Origin: Prorocentrum cordatum
Taxonomy: Eukaryota
Reading direction: 5' to 3'
Assembly (NCBI GenBank): GCA_963575745.1
Contig: CAUYUJ010000015.1
Coordinates: forward strand, 310,001 to 374,000
Length of the DNA: 64,000 nt
The first letter of the stretch is position 1, and each line of letters opens with the position of its first letter. A model generated the notes under the pieces. That model saw nothing but the letters and a program-made list of their open reading frames with translations, was not told the origin of the DNA and did not search any database. Shown here one piece after another: positions 27,001 to 37,932 of the stretch. A program made the position numbers and the translations under genes.

Positions 27001-29057
27001 GACTGAGCGGAGTGGCGCTTAGAAGGGCGATTGGCTGGTTAGGGTAAGAGTCTGGAACGAACACTGTGCGAGCACTAGTGCGATGCGTTTCCAGACGAGT
27101 TTTGAATCTTGTATCGGACCTACGTCGAAGCATAGCCCTGACGACAGGGCGCAGTGAAAAGAGCTTACTGGTGCATTTTGCGCACACGTAGACACACCAT
27201 GCATCAGTGCACATATCCAGATACGCGCACATGCACGCCAGCAGACACAGAACACACACGCTACACATACTCATGCTTCCAACCTTAGGTTGATCATGTA
27301 CTGCCTCACTCTTGCGCGTCTGTCGGCTCCTCCCTCCTCTTCTCTTTCCGCTTCCTGTTCCTCCTCCCCCCTCTCGCTTTTCTCTTGCTATGTTGGATTT
27401 ATCGATGTGGCCGTTTGGGCACTCCGCCAGAACCTTCTGCGGAACTTCCCATCCAGCCGCGGTCCGGATACGTTTCAGGCCGAAGTCGTATCATACGCGA
27501 ATTGGCCTTCCTTCTTCCTCCCGTTCCTCCTCCTCCCCCTTCTCCTCCGCGGCCACGGGGACTTTTTGTAAACGCCTAGGTCGGTGCACATTTGTTTCTC
27601 CGGGTTGTTTTTGCGACTGCCCAGGGTGGCACTTTTCTCTCTATGCGCGCTCGCGCCAAGTTTCGGCCACGTTCGTAGGACAACCCTGCTACGTGTGCGC
27701 GTGTTGTTCACGTTCGGTGTCCGCTTCCTTCTTCCCCCTCAACGGAAACACAGAACGTGCACTGTCATGCAGCAGTGCGCACATGCCGGTGGGCAAGCAT
27801 ACACATACAAGCGAACGGGCCACATGCATGCAAGTAAGTGCGTACATGTAGGATCTCGCGTGCTGTGCAGACATTTATACACGCATGCGTTCACACATGC
27901 ATGCCCAAACGAGCTTGCTGATACATTGTGCGGGTGCCCGCCGCATTTGCTTCGAGACCACCTTGTCACCGAGCCCCTTCGCCACCAATGCCCCTGCCAC
28001 GAGGGGAGCGAGGAGCCGCGCGGTCATGGGAATTCCGGCGTTGTACTGCGATACGATGAGGGAGCCGATAAATGCCAAATGGCCGACTGGCAAGACAGTC
28101 TGGCCCAAACGCCATCCCCGCCCAGCAGCAGCGCTCCCGTTGTCAGGACTACGGCGCGTCTTTTCCCAGGCGCGAACTCGGCTTTCACAGAAGGTCTTCG
28201 GGAACAGGGAGGGGTAGTGACTCTTGGCGAAGTCGACAACTTTCGAGCGGGCCCCCCCTATGTCCTTTTCGAAACCGAAATAGAAATCAACCACCTCGGG
28301 CGGGTACAAATGATAACTCCGCTTCTTCTCGGGCTGCTTCGCGCACTCGTCGTTCACCACGCCCTGGGTGCCCCCGCCCTCCGCCTTCGGAGTGCCCTGC
28401 GGGCCGTTCTCGGGCGTTAGATCGTTTTGGGTTTCCCCGTTCTGCGCTTTCGGAGTGGCCCGTGGGTCTCTGTCGGGGGTCGTCGCCCTCGCCTGGCACG
28501 CCCACGCGGGGCATTTCTTATGGCCCCAGCCCGACGGGAACAGCAGCGGCGGGGGCGCCGAGGGCTTGGGGAGCTCGCCCTTCACAACTCCCGCGTGCCA
28601 CTGGTAAAAACTATCCTGCCATTTTTGGGCTCTGGGGATCGGCCCCCCCTTGCGCGGTGGCCCCGTCGGCTGCGGCCTGGGCCACTCGAGGCCCCACTCC
28701 TCGGCGAGCTGTCGCTGGGCCTCGGCTGTCGCGTCGGCCTGCCGCTTGAAAACGTCGACGCCCTTGGGGGGCGGGGGCGGGCGGGCTTCGTTTTGATGTT
28801 CCCAACTGTGTCCCTTTTATAAGGATGCGCCGCCCCATGTAAAACAAATGCTGCGCACGTACATGTTCGCATGGTAAACATTAAAAAATCCGAATGCGTC
28901 CCCTGCCCTCATTGATATATTTGATCCTTTTTTGCTCAGGGGCCAGCGAGACAACGTCCAACACCTTTTGCTTCTTCTCGGGGGTGGCGCCAGGAGGTTC
29001 CCCGAACGTGGCTGCAATCGCCCTGCGGCGAGCAGCGCCCGAGGAAGAGGCCGACAT
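22416..29057 (-). CDS. Spliced pogo-type (HTH + CENP-B-like HTH + DDE_1) transposase, ~900 aa; predicted exons 29057-~28908, 28762-27962, 24584-23467 (interrupted by the 197-bp insertion at 24027-24223), 23234-22416
   Basis: Catalytic motifs NMDETG, LILDVYSSH and LQPLDV. The HTH is split as ...NAGIPMTARLL...GLGDK|VVTET...SITDRWVQRFCK..LKMSYKRPT. GT-AG intron 27961-24585 and GC-AG intron 23466-23235 both preserve frame. No stops apart from the insertion. The first-exon boundary is uncertain. Confidence 0.8.
24027..24223 (+). mobile_element. 197-bp mini-element inserted in the transposase
   Basis: A|TCCGCCGACCCTGTCGGCG...(GTC)n...CAGGGTCGGCGG..GCCGTAAGGCCTTTCGAA|T. Removing it restores ...YTVIPTI-SAAGELI... 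with no TSD. Confidence 0.9.
25138..25319 (-). mobile_element. 182-bp mini-element at the equivalent site in the mirror copy
   Basis: Same termini and insertion point as 24027-24223; differs mainly in GAC-repeat length. Confidence 0.9.
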
Positions 29058-30719
29058 GCTTCCAAAGGTACGTCGGAACCGTGGCAAGGAAAAATCAGGG
29101 TCACCAGCTGGAATGCGACGCTTCCTCGGGCCTGAGGGCGAGAATGAGCACGAGCCCAAGCATTTGCATTGATAGCGGTAGCAACGCGACCGATTACATT
29201 ACGAAACGAACAATAAGGACAACCAGACATCAACCCAACTCACGGTATACATGATGCTGTTATTACGTTTCATTCATGTTTAAACAAAAACATCATAATA
29301 TTCCAATATGGTGTCATACCCGCATCCAGTATTACTATTAAATGGACTCTGCGTTATGACGGTAACGTGCCGTACGCAACGATGCCCGTATTCATGCGAA
29401 TATGCGCAACGTCGTGAACATTCGTGCAATAAACAAACTGCGGTGAAAAAGAAACACTAGTACTGGTTTTCATCAGACAATACACGTAGCGGGGAATACG
29501 ACCACGATTATCAACGCAAAATATTTAGACAAAAATCACAAAATAGCTGCGCGAATATGACAACATCTGTGTTGGCTCACAGGATTCGCACAAAAACGAA
29601 ATCATATGGGCAATGCCAATTCCAGTATCTCAGGTTGGCCTTTGGCCATATAACTTGGCATGTCGCGTCCGTTTTCGGAATTGCAGTCTGGATCGCATTC
29701 GCAATTGAATCGCGCGCTCATCATGGTGATCATGCGCATGTGATCCCGCTTTGTGGCAGCACTCCCTGGTGTTTTTTTGGTGCGCGTGACATCGCGCTGC
29801 TCTGCCAACGCGATAGATCAGGACGTGGAACGCACGAACGGACCATGCTGCTACCACGCGGAGATCCTAACTTCAGCCTTGCGTCCTCTCGGCGCTTTCG
29901 CTTTCTCGCTAACTAACTTCGCCCGGTGCGGCCTCGTCGTCTTTCGTAACTAACTTGTCGGGCCCGAAGCTCGCCGTCTTCTGAGTTTCGCTTTGACGTG
30001 TCGCGAAATGGTGAAATAATTTCAATTGGCGAAATAGGCATTATTCAAACACACAACGCAAATGCACGATTCATATACACTACGTATGTACACTACGTAA
30101 ATACACCGCGTAGATTGCAATTCACCCGCAGAAACAGCTCAAACGAGAGCGAACATACACTATGAAGATTATGTTGCGACATGCACTACGCAATTAATAT
30201 GCGCGCGATCTGCGACGCGAAAGACGCCGCGCGAAATGCACTGCGCTATTAAACTGCGCGAGCATTCCGCGCAAGCACTGCGCGCCCAGCGGCGACGCCA
30301 ATACTGCGCGCGAAAACGTTCTGCGCGAATGCACCGCGGAAGCGCCGCGCCAGCGCCCGTCGCCAACGCGCTGCGACGACGCGCTGCGCAAACGCGCTGC
30401 GTAGAAGTCACTGCGCGAAATATACCATGCAAGTGCGCTACGCGAGTGCAGTCCGCAAATACATTGCGCAAATCCACTGCGTGAATGCACCCTGCCGCCG
30501 CGTAACCACACGACGCAAATAAAGCGCGCGGCGCGCTCCTCGCCGCGCCCGAGCGCGGCGCGGCGCGGCGCGGCGGGGCGAGGCGCAGCCCCCGGCGCAG
30601 TAGCGCCGCCGCGGACATCTCCAGCGCTGCCGCGGCCCATCGCCCGATCGCGGCGGCGGCGCCCCCGGGCCCCGCCGTTCTGAATCCCCGCCCGAGTTCG
30701 CGGGTCGACCGCGGAAACG

Positions 30720-33657
30720 AACGACGCACCCAGGTTTTGCGCTCCACTGGCGGCCCCAGGTAGGCGCGCGGCAGACACAAATCCAATGCCCGAAGCGCGT
30801 TGTGCAGGCGCGCCCCGCAGAACGATCTGGGCTCAGCGTCTACCTTTCCGATGGAAGAGGACACCGCGTACCCCGCAGTAGCGTTGGCGTCCGCGAGCAA
30901 AAACAGAATCGGCCTGACCAGCCGCCCGTCTCAAAGTCGCTGCAGTCGCCTTCCAGCACGCCTGAATGAGGAACGCGCGCGACACATAAGGTCACGCTCA
31001 GCGAAGCGAGGGGGAGGTTGACGACGAGCAACGTAGGGGGGAGCAGCAGCAACGTTAAGCTTGTTCCTGGAGACCCGAGCGTCCATCCTGTCTGGGATGA
31101 ACTCTTTATGGGGACGAAGCCATAAAGAGCAGCCGTGACTCCCACTAGCATGACGGAGCCCATGGAGAACGAGAAACGAACCCACATGACACCTTCCAGG
31201 ATTAGGCATGCGTGTTTTCGCCGTGCCAATTACCATGAATACATAGTGACGAAATTGCTCTGCCAGTAGCCTGGGACGACCTGCCATATACGCTCCCATA
31301 TACCCAGGACCTTGCCTATGGAACTTGCCGAAAGACCGCTTGCCAAGAGACTTGATCTTCTTGGGCTGCAGTAGGGTAAGTGCGCTAGCAATTGCCAGCT
31401 TAAGCTCTAGACGCGCTGATGCACCCAGTCCCTGCTGACTCTGCTCTCAAGCGTGAACGAGTCTGGAACATGCTTCATGCATTGTGACACGGGTGGCGAG
31501 GCCTCAGGCACGAGCGGGTCGGCAATCATCAACTCGCCGTCCGTTTGGGCTGGATACTGGCGTTGCACGCGCGGCGACAATAGCGACATCCAGGCCCACT
31601 GCGCTGACAACGGGTCGTGGACGAGAGGGAGCCAAGGACAAGCAACCCGATTCTTTATCATCTCCATACCTGCTAATGTCGCCACTGTGTCTACATACTC
31701 GTTGACAGGATGTTGCGCGTGCGCGCTCACATGCTTGAATACAGCAATGTGCGAGCACGTGAAAACGTGATAGAATGACCGCGTACATGCTGACAGCCCT
31801 GCTAGAGGAGGAATAGCCCACAGCCCCAGAGCCGCATGCATGACCACAGGGCTGTCAGGCTGGAGGTGAAACTGCGTAGATGAGAAAGGAGCCCGAAGCG
31901 CCCAAGACAGAGCCCAGAGACGCGCCCGCGTCTCTGCAACCAAGCACAGCTGCGTGAGCGAGACACAGTAGACCTCGAAAAAAACTCCAGCATGATCGAC
32001 GAAGTACTGAGACTGGCCGCCTCCAGTAACGATCAAGGCACAGAAGGCCCAAAACGGTTTCACTTCAGAGGGGGCAGATCCACCACTACCATAAGTGAAT
32101 AGCTAGAGTCGAACAGTGTCTGATAAATCTCCATCCCAGCTATACAGAGATGTTGATACATTCCTGTGGCAATTCAAAAGATGATGCTCATGCTTTCGCC
32201 AATCCGCATTGACCAATTCCGACCGGGGTTGGAACAGCAAAACGGAGATATCAGGATTGACGACATATCCAGATCTGACTCCATGAGTGCGAGAGGGGTT
32301 CCCGCGATCAGTGGAGTCATGACCGATCGCGTCTGCATCTGTCGCTACCCCGGAGGCTCGTAGCCCTCGCGAAGTACAAGATCGTCGAAGTCGCCCACTC
32401 CGGCCGGCGAGGCCGCAGCCGAAGCCTCCGCCGATGCCTCGCCAGTCGCCGTAGAGATGGGCTGCGCGCCTCTCGACGTCCAGCTGGTTCCGGGTCGGGG
32501 GAGCCCGCGCAGCCCTCGCTTCGGCGTCGCCACAGTCTGCCGGCGAACCGCGCGAGGAGGGGCGGCAGCTGCCGCCGACGAGGTAGCCTCGCCAGCCGCT
32601 GCCCGAGCCCTCTCGGCCGCCTCGGTGGGCGGAGTGCCGCCGCGCAAGGCCGTCGCCAGTGCCGCGTGCTTGTTGTTGACCGCCGTGGCCTGAGTTCCAA
32701 TGGCGTTCACATTCGCATCGATGCGCGTCTGGCAGGTGCGCAACGTCGTCGTAAGTTGTGCCAGCTGGCGCTTTATCATGGCCATGTCGGACAGGGGCTG
32801 CTGCTGAGAGCCCTCTGCAGGTGGCTGTAGGCGCTGAGGGCCAACTGGCAACTGGGCTCTGGGAGAGGCAGGAGCTGCCGAACCAACAGGAGTGACTGGC
32901 GTTGCTACCCCCAGAACCTCTTCAATGGGCTGCGGCATAGCCCGTAGCTCATCCAACGCCACCTGATGCCGCTGAACCCAGTATACCGCCAAATCTCGGT
33001 TGTCCTGCAGGTCGCTCAGATACTGCTTCATTCGCGCTATGTTGTCGTCAATTTCCTGCGGGCGCGACTCTGAGCGCTGAGGCACCGAGTCCTGACGAGA
33101 CAATTGATCTTTGAGCAGGCGACAGAGATACCAAGGGCGCTCTTCGTGTGCCATTTCCCAGGCCTTCTCCTTGAGCCTGATACTGCCAGCAAGAATTCGA
33201 AATTGATGGCGGACATCAATAATGAAACATTGCGCTCCTTGGCGGTAGCCGCGCCGTCGAGCTCGCCTGGGAAGTGGGGACGCAGTCGTGCCTCTGAGGG
33301 GACAGCAGGGATGATACTCAAAGGCCTCTGATTCTCGTCCCTGGATCCCTCCTCCTCCTCGTCGGCCAATGTAACAGACTGTGACCTCGTACGTGGGGGG
33401 CGCCTCGTAGCGGCGGGCCTCTCCTCCACGTCGGCGGGTGCTGCCGCCGTGTCTGATTCCCGTCCGTTGCTTCCCTTGCTCCTGTCCCGGCCACGGGGGC
33501 CTCGGGACGAAGGACGAGCCTGGTTGTTTTTGACCCGCGGATCTGTGACAGCTGCTGAGCCATACTCCGTGCGAGGGACACCGCAACCCCTGCAGGTCGA
33601 CCGCCCAATGTAGTTGGATGTGGCACACGAAGCACAGAACTGAGACTTGGAGGACAT
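30720..33657 (-). mobile_element. Decayed 5' half of a LINE: zinc-finger ORF1, RNase H-like domain, AP endonuclease; RT missing
   Basis: ORF1 MSSKSQFCASCATSNYIGRSTCRGCG (RanBP2-like; ATG 33657). RNase H-like LFT(Y)GS...RARLWALSWAL...PDS...HVSAHAQHPVNEYVD (~32105-31660). APE-like LKLAIASALTL, GSHGCSLWL, LLADANATAG...SSSIG (~31405-30800). Confidence 0.75.
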
Positions 33658-34559
33658 CGAATGATGCTGATGGATAAGCTGTCGTACTTGTATAAACGTC
33701 GAATCAGGCAACCTTGCAATGACACGAGCCTGCGCTCGCGCCTCCCGCTGGCGACGGTGCCAGGCAGGGTGCAGATTCTCCCGCCGCAATCCTGGAATGG
33801 CGGCAGGCGCGGTCAGCCGTAGGCGGCCAACGCGCTGGCTCCGAACACTGGTAGTGTATACGGACTGTATGCAGTGGCCACAGGAGGCAATCGCCCCGCC
33901 TCGTCGCTACATTGGTAGCGGACCCAGACGGGAGTTTAAATGGGGGGTCGCCGCGCTCGGGCCTAACAGGAGGACGAGGAGGAGGAGAAGTCGGATGAGC
34001 TGGAGGAAGTCGAGCTCGAAGAAGGGTGCACGATGGGAGGAGGATTGGGCCATGAAGTTTACGGATTTCGGGTGAGCCAGTTTTTGTTGGGTGCGGGCCA
34101 CGTTCCCAGGCTGCGCCCCGCTGTGCACGAATACGCCCCCTATGGTGGACGCCGTGCCGCCTTTCGAAGCGCATTATGTCGCGGCGTCTGGCCTCTTGGA
34201 TCAAGGAAGATGCTCACCTCCTCCCTCGCCTCCTGACTTCTCCCCCCCTCCCCTTTCTTTCAAGCCTCCTTCGGTGCTCTTTTTGGCAAGGATGGAACGA
34301 AGGAAGAAAGGAAAGCAGGAATCATCATGTGTTGTACATTCCTTCCTCCCGTCTCCTCTTCATCCATTTCCTCTCATTCCTCGCGTCCGTCCATCTAGTT
34401 TCCTTTCTGCTCGCTCTTGATCGCCCCCATCTACAAACTCGACTGTTGAAGACGCCTCCAACGAATCACCGCTGCCCCTTGCGAAATGTCGGGTGAAAAT
34501 GCGGCCACGCCAGGAGCGCGTGTTGTCTCAGTTGTTGGGGAACCATTGTTTGAACACAC

Positions 34560-34790
34560 GAAAGGGGCCCTCTGGCGCCGTCCTGGGGCTGTCTCGGGCT
34601 TTGGTGGCCTTCTTGGGGGCCTCCTGGGGCTCTCTCGGGCTATCTTGGGGCTCCTTCGGGCCGTCCCAAGGCGCTCTTGGGCTGTCTTGGGAGCCTCTCT
34701 GAGCCGTCTTGGGCACCTCTTGGGGCCGTCTTGCGGATCTCATGGCCTCGCTTTGGGTTTTGGGGAGATCTGATCGGGATCCTTGTAGGT
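34560..34790 (-). repeat. Fragment of the GC-rich 'TCTTGGG' dispersed repeat
   Basis: Same GGCCGTCTTGGG/GGGCTGTCTTGG motifs as 9255-9400 and 35640-36340. Confidence 0.6.
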
Positions 34791-35639
34791 CGTAGACGAC
34801 GGGTCCTGAGGGCAACCGGGTCCTGGACCCTGGGGTCTACCCCTCAGCCGTTTTCCGACTAAGTTTTCAATTCTTGAGGTTTCGCGTATCCCCATCAGCC
34901 AGCTTTTTCCGTTGGTCCTTGTTCCCAGTCAGCCTGTGGTACCCTTCAGGCTCCATGGATCGGTGCCCTCTGGTACTCTCATTGCTGGACGGCTTCCTAC
35001 CGCGACCCTGGATCAGTGGCTTTGTGGGACTTGCCTGGGTATACACGGTCTCGTTCCGCGTGTGCTCTCCGTCTCGTTCTGGACTGCACTGTGACACTGT
35101 GGTGTGAAAACGCCGCGTTTTGACGGGTAGCGTGCATCAGGTGCCCTTCCACCCGCTGGGTCTGGGCCGAAACATCTCGGTGTGGTAGTCTTCTCGGAAT
35201 ATGTATACACCTTGATGTCGTTCTGGCGCCGCGGCTCGCTGCCGCCGTCGGGATCCTCGTTGGACTTACCACCCCGTCTTCTGTGCTACCCGACAGGCTG
35301 GGGCTGACGTCCTCGAGTCGTTCTCTTGTCCGCACCTGGACGTTGGAACGTTATCGCGCCATTTTGGCTGCGCTAGGTCGTCCCGGTGCCTACCTCAGGC
35401 CTGGTGGACGCACCTGCATGCCCGTTCAGGGGCTGTCATGGCACCTGGATTGCATCGGCTTCGCCCCCCTGGACGCTGTCGTGAGCCGCCTGATCCGCGG
35501 CCCTGCGCGCGTTAGGCAATTTAGTCGCGTCCGCGGCCCGTTCGCGACCTTCCGCCGCTGGCGCTTCCGCATGCGGCTGTAAAAAATATCCCCACCAGCC
35601 CATCCAGAAACGATGCCCAGGCGAGTTGCCTCTCAGAGT

Positions 35640-36340
35640 CTCCCCGGATGTCTCTTAGAAGCTTTTTGGAAGCCTCTTGGAGCGTCTTGGGGGCCTCTTG
35701 GCGGTCCCAGGGGCCTATAGGAGCGTCTTGGGTGCCTCGGGGAGCCTCTTGGGGCCTCTTGGGGGTCTCTTGGGAGCCTCTTGGAGGCCTCTTGGGTGCT
35801 TCTTGGGGCCTCCTGGGCACCTCTCGGAGCCTTTTTGAGGCGCTCTTGGGAACCTTGGGAGCCTTGGGAGCGCTCCTGGGGCCATCTTGGAGGAGATCGA
35901 TCAAAAATGATGGGAGCTCCAATTACGTTCCCCCCTCGGGAGCCCCAAACATCGCCTCTTGGACCCCTCTTGGGCCGCTCTTGGAGCGCTTGGGCGCTCT
36001 TGGGGCCGTTTTGGGGCTCTCTTGGGCCTCAATTGGGGCCCCTTGGACTCTTGGAAGGCCATTGGAAGCAAAAAGGCGAGAAGGCACAACACATTGATGT
36101 TCCTTGGTTTTTTAATGACTTTGGCCCCTTGGCGGCCTCCTGGGGAGGCTCCGTGGCCACTTGGAGCCGTCTTGGAGCGGTCTTGGGGCTTCGTGGAGCA
36201 TCTTGGGAGCTATGTTGAGCCATCCTGGGCTATCTTGGGCCGTCTTGGAAGTCATCTTGGGCTTTTTGAGGCCCTCTTGGAGCCGTCTTGGGCCATCTTA
36301 GATGCTCTGACAGCTCGCGGGGCGCCCCGTCCAGGTCTGG
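35640..36340 (-). repeat. Copy of the GC-rich 'CCTCTTGG' dispersed repeat
   Basis: ~11-bp periodic GGCCTCTTGG units, plus an A-rich unit near 36070-36125 reverse-complementary to the unit at 1727/2041/3215. Confidence 0.65.
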
Positions 36341-37649
36341 GGGCTGGTGGGATTTCTGCGGTGACTGCCGGGCACGAGGGGGGCTATGCGCCCGCGCAAT
36401 GATTCGTGGCGATTTCTGAGGGGTGCGGGCGAGCCCCCGCGCGCGCGAGGAGAGACCTCTGCTGGGAGATCTCCGGGCGCAATCGCAGCCTCTCCGCACC
36501 CCTTTGGAATCTTGGCCGACAGGGCCAGTGCGCTCGGGGCTGGGACCCTGGGATCATCGCCGCGGAACGGTATGCCATGGCCAAAGCAGGGCATCGCGAA
36601 AGTCCAGCGTGGAAAGAAAGTGCTCCGCGTGCCGCACCGTTGCGCAGAGGTCCCGCAAAGTCCAAAATCCCGCATCGCCTCGCCGCGAATATGTCGGAAC
36701 GTCGATGAGGGCCCACCGCCGATTCGTCATCACCGTTAGCGTTTGCCATTTTCCTTGTTGTTACACTGTCGCGAGCTCTGGCCCAAGTGTAACTTGCCGC
36801 TGATGTGCTTTTGTTCGGTTCGCAGGGATGGTGTCTGCGCTTGACCAGGCGAAGGATGGCGGTGCGGGGCTCTGGCCTGGGAGATGTTCATGCCCTGGCT
36901 TGAGGGCCTCAACATGGCCTCGGCGTGGGCCAGGGTTCCAAGAGGACATTGCAGAACTCGCGTCAGGGGAACATTGATGCCCTGACTGAGAGGGTGGCTT
37001 CAAAGCGGCATCAGCTCGGACCAGGAATCCTCAGGACACATCGAGGCCCTGGGAAGGGCCCCGCGAACACGAAGACGGCAACAGATTTCCAAGGCCCGCG
37101 TCCTTCTGGACCCCTTTAGTTCATGGCCATTCCCTCACCTCCAATCCCCCCGCTGGCCGGCTAGGAGGCACGGGTTCAGAAGCTGCACCTCCTCCCGTCT
37201 CCTTCTCGGCCCGCTCCTGACCCCCCCTCTTCCCCCCCCTACTCCTCCCCCCCTCCCCTCCCCCCCCCCTTCCCCCCCCCTCCTCCTCCTCCCGCGTGCC
37301 AGCCCAGGAGGCTGAAGTGCCTGAAGCTCTACCAGGAGCGGGCTCGCCACGAGGCCCGCCCACGGGAGCCCGCGCCTCCGCCCCCCCCCCCTATCCCACC
37401 CCGCGCGCCTGGGGGCAGGCTCGGGGGGGGGGGGGGGGGTTCGAGGCTCGAGACCTTCGAGCGTCTGCGTCTGCCCTCGGCGGCTTCCCCGCCGCGGGGT
37501 GCTCTCTGGCAGCTGCGCCTCGCCGAGCACGCTCCCCGCGTCGCTTGGATCGTCCCGAGCGGCCGCCGGGTTGCCCGAGGCATGGCCCGGGTGTCTGGGG
37601 GGCAACGGGGTGGCGACCCACGTTCGCTCTCCGCCAGAGCTCCCTGGCA

Positions 37650-37932
37650 GTAGTTCGAGGATCGAGGCTCGAGGGGTGCGATCGAAGAGGTTTCGAGGAG
37701 CGAGGATGGTTTGAGGAACGAGGAGGGTTCGAGGAGTGTTCGAGGATCGAGGAGTGTTCGAGGATCGAGGAGGATCAAGGATCCAGGAGGTTCGAGGATC
37801 CAGGATCCAGAAGGGTTCGATCATCGAGGGTATAGGTTTTCGGGCGTTTCTGATCAGTTGTTGGAGGCGCTCCGAAATTGTCATCGTCGTCGTCGTCGTT
37901 CGAGGTTCGAGGATTTCGAAGGGATCGAAGAT
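37650..37932. repeat. (TCGAGGA)n-type heptamer minisatellite
   Basis: Repeated TTCGAGG/ATCGAGG/TCCAGGA. Confidence 0.85.

Larger units (their letters stand above)
20250..29140. repeat. Large imperfect inverted repeat: arms ~20250-24611 and 24750-~29140, 138-bp central spacer
   Basis: Mirror-image ORF pairs in the track: 20791+/28585-, 22416-23204-/26143-26979+, 24584-/24777+. Non-coding segments are also homologous. Confidence 0.95.

Noticed and set aside
20250..29140. Palindrome as a read fold-back artefact
   Set aside because: The arms differ by many substitutions with synonymous bias and by codon-sized indels, and there is a unique 138-bp spacer. Long-read confirmation is still desirable.
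34900..35120. Possible zinc-finger relic (WLCGTCLGIH)
   Set aside because: A single short motif without supporting context.
35358..35369. GCCATTTTGGCT, 12 nt of the dinoflagellate spliced leader
   Set aside because: It lacks the CCGTA and CAAG ends and no recognisable gene follows. It could be chance or a relic that I cannot verify.
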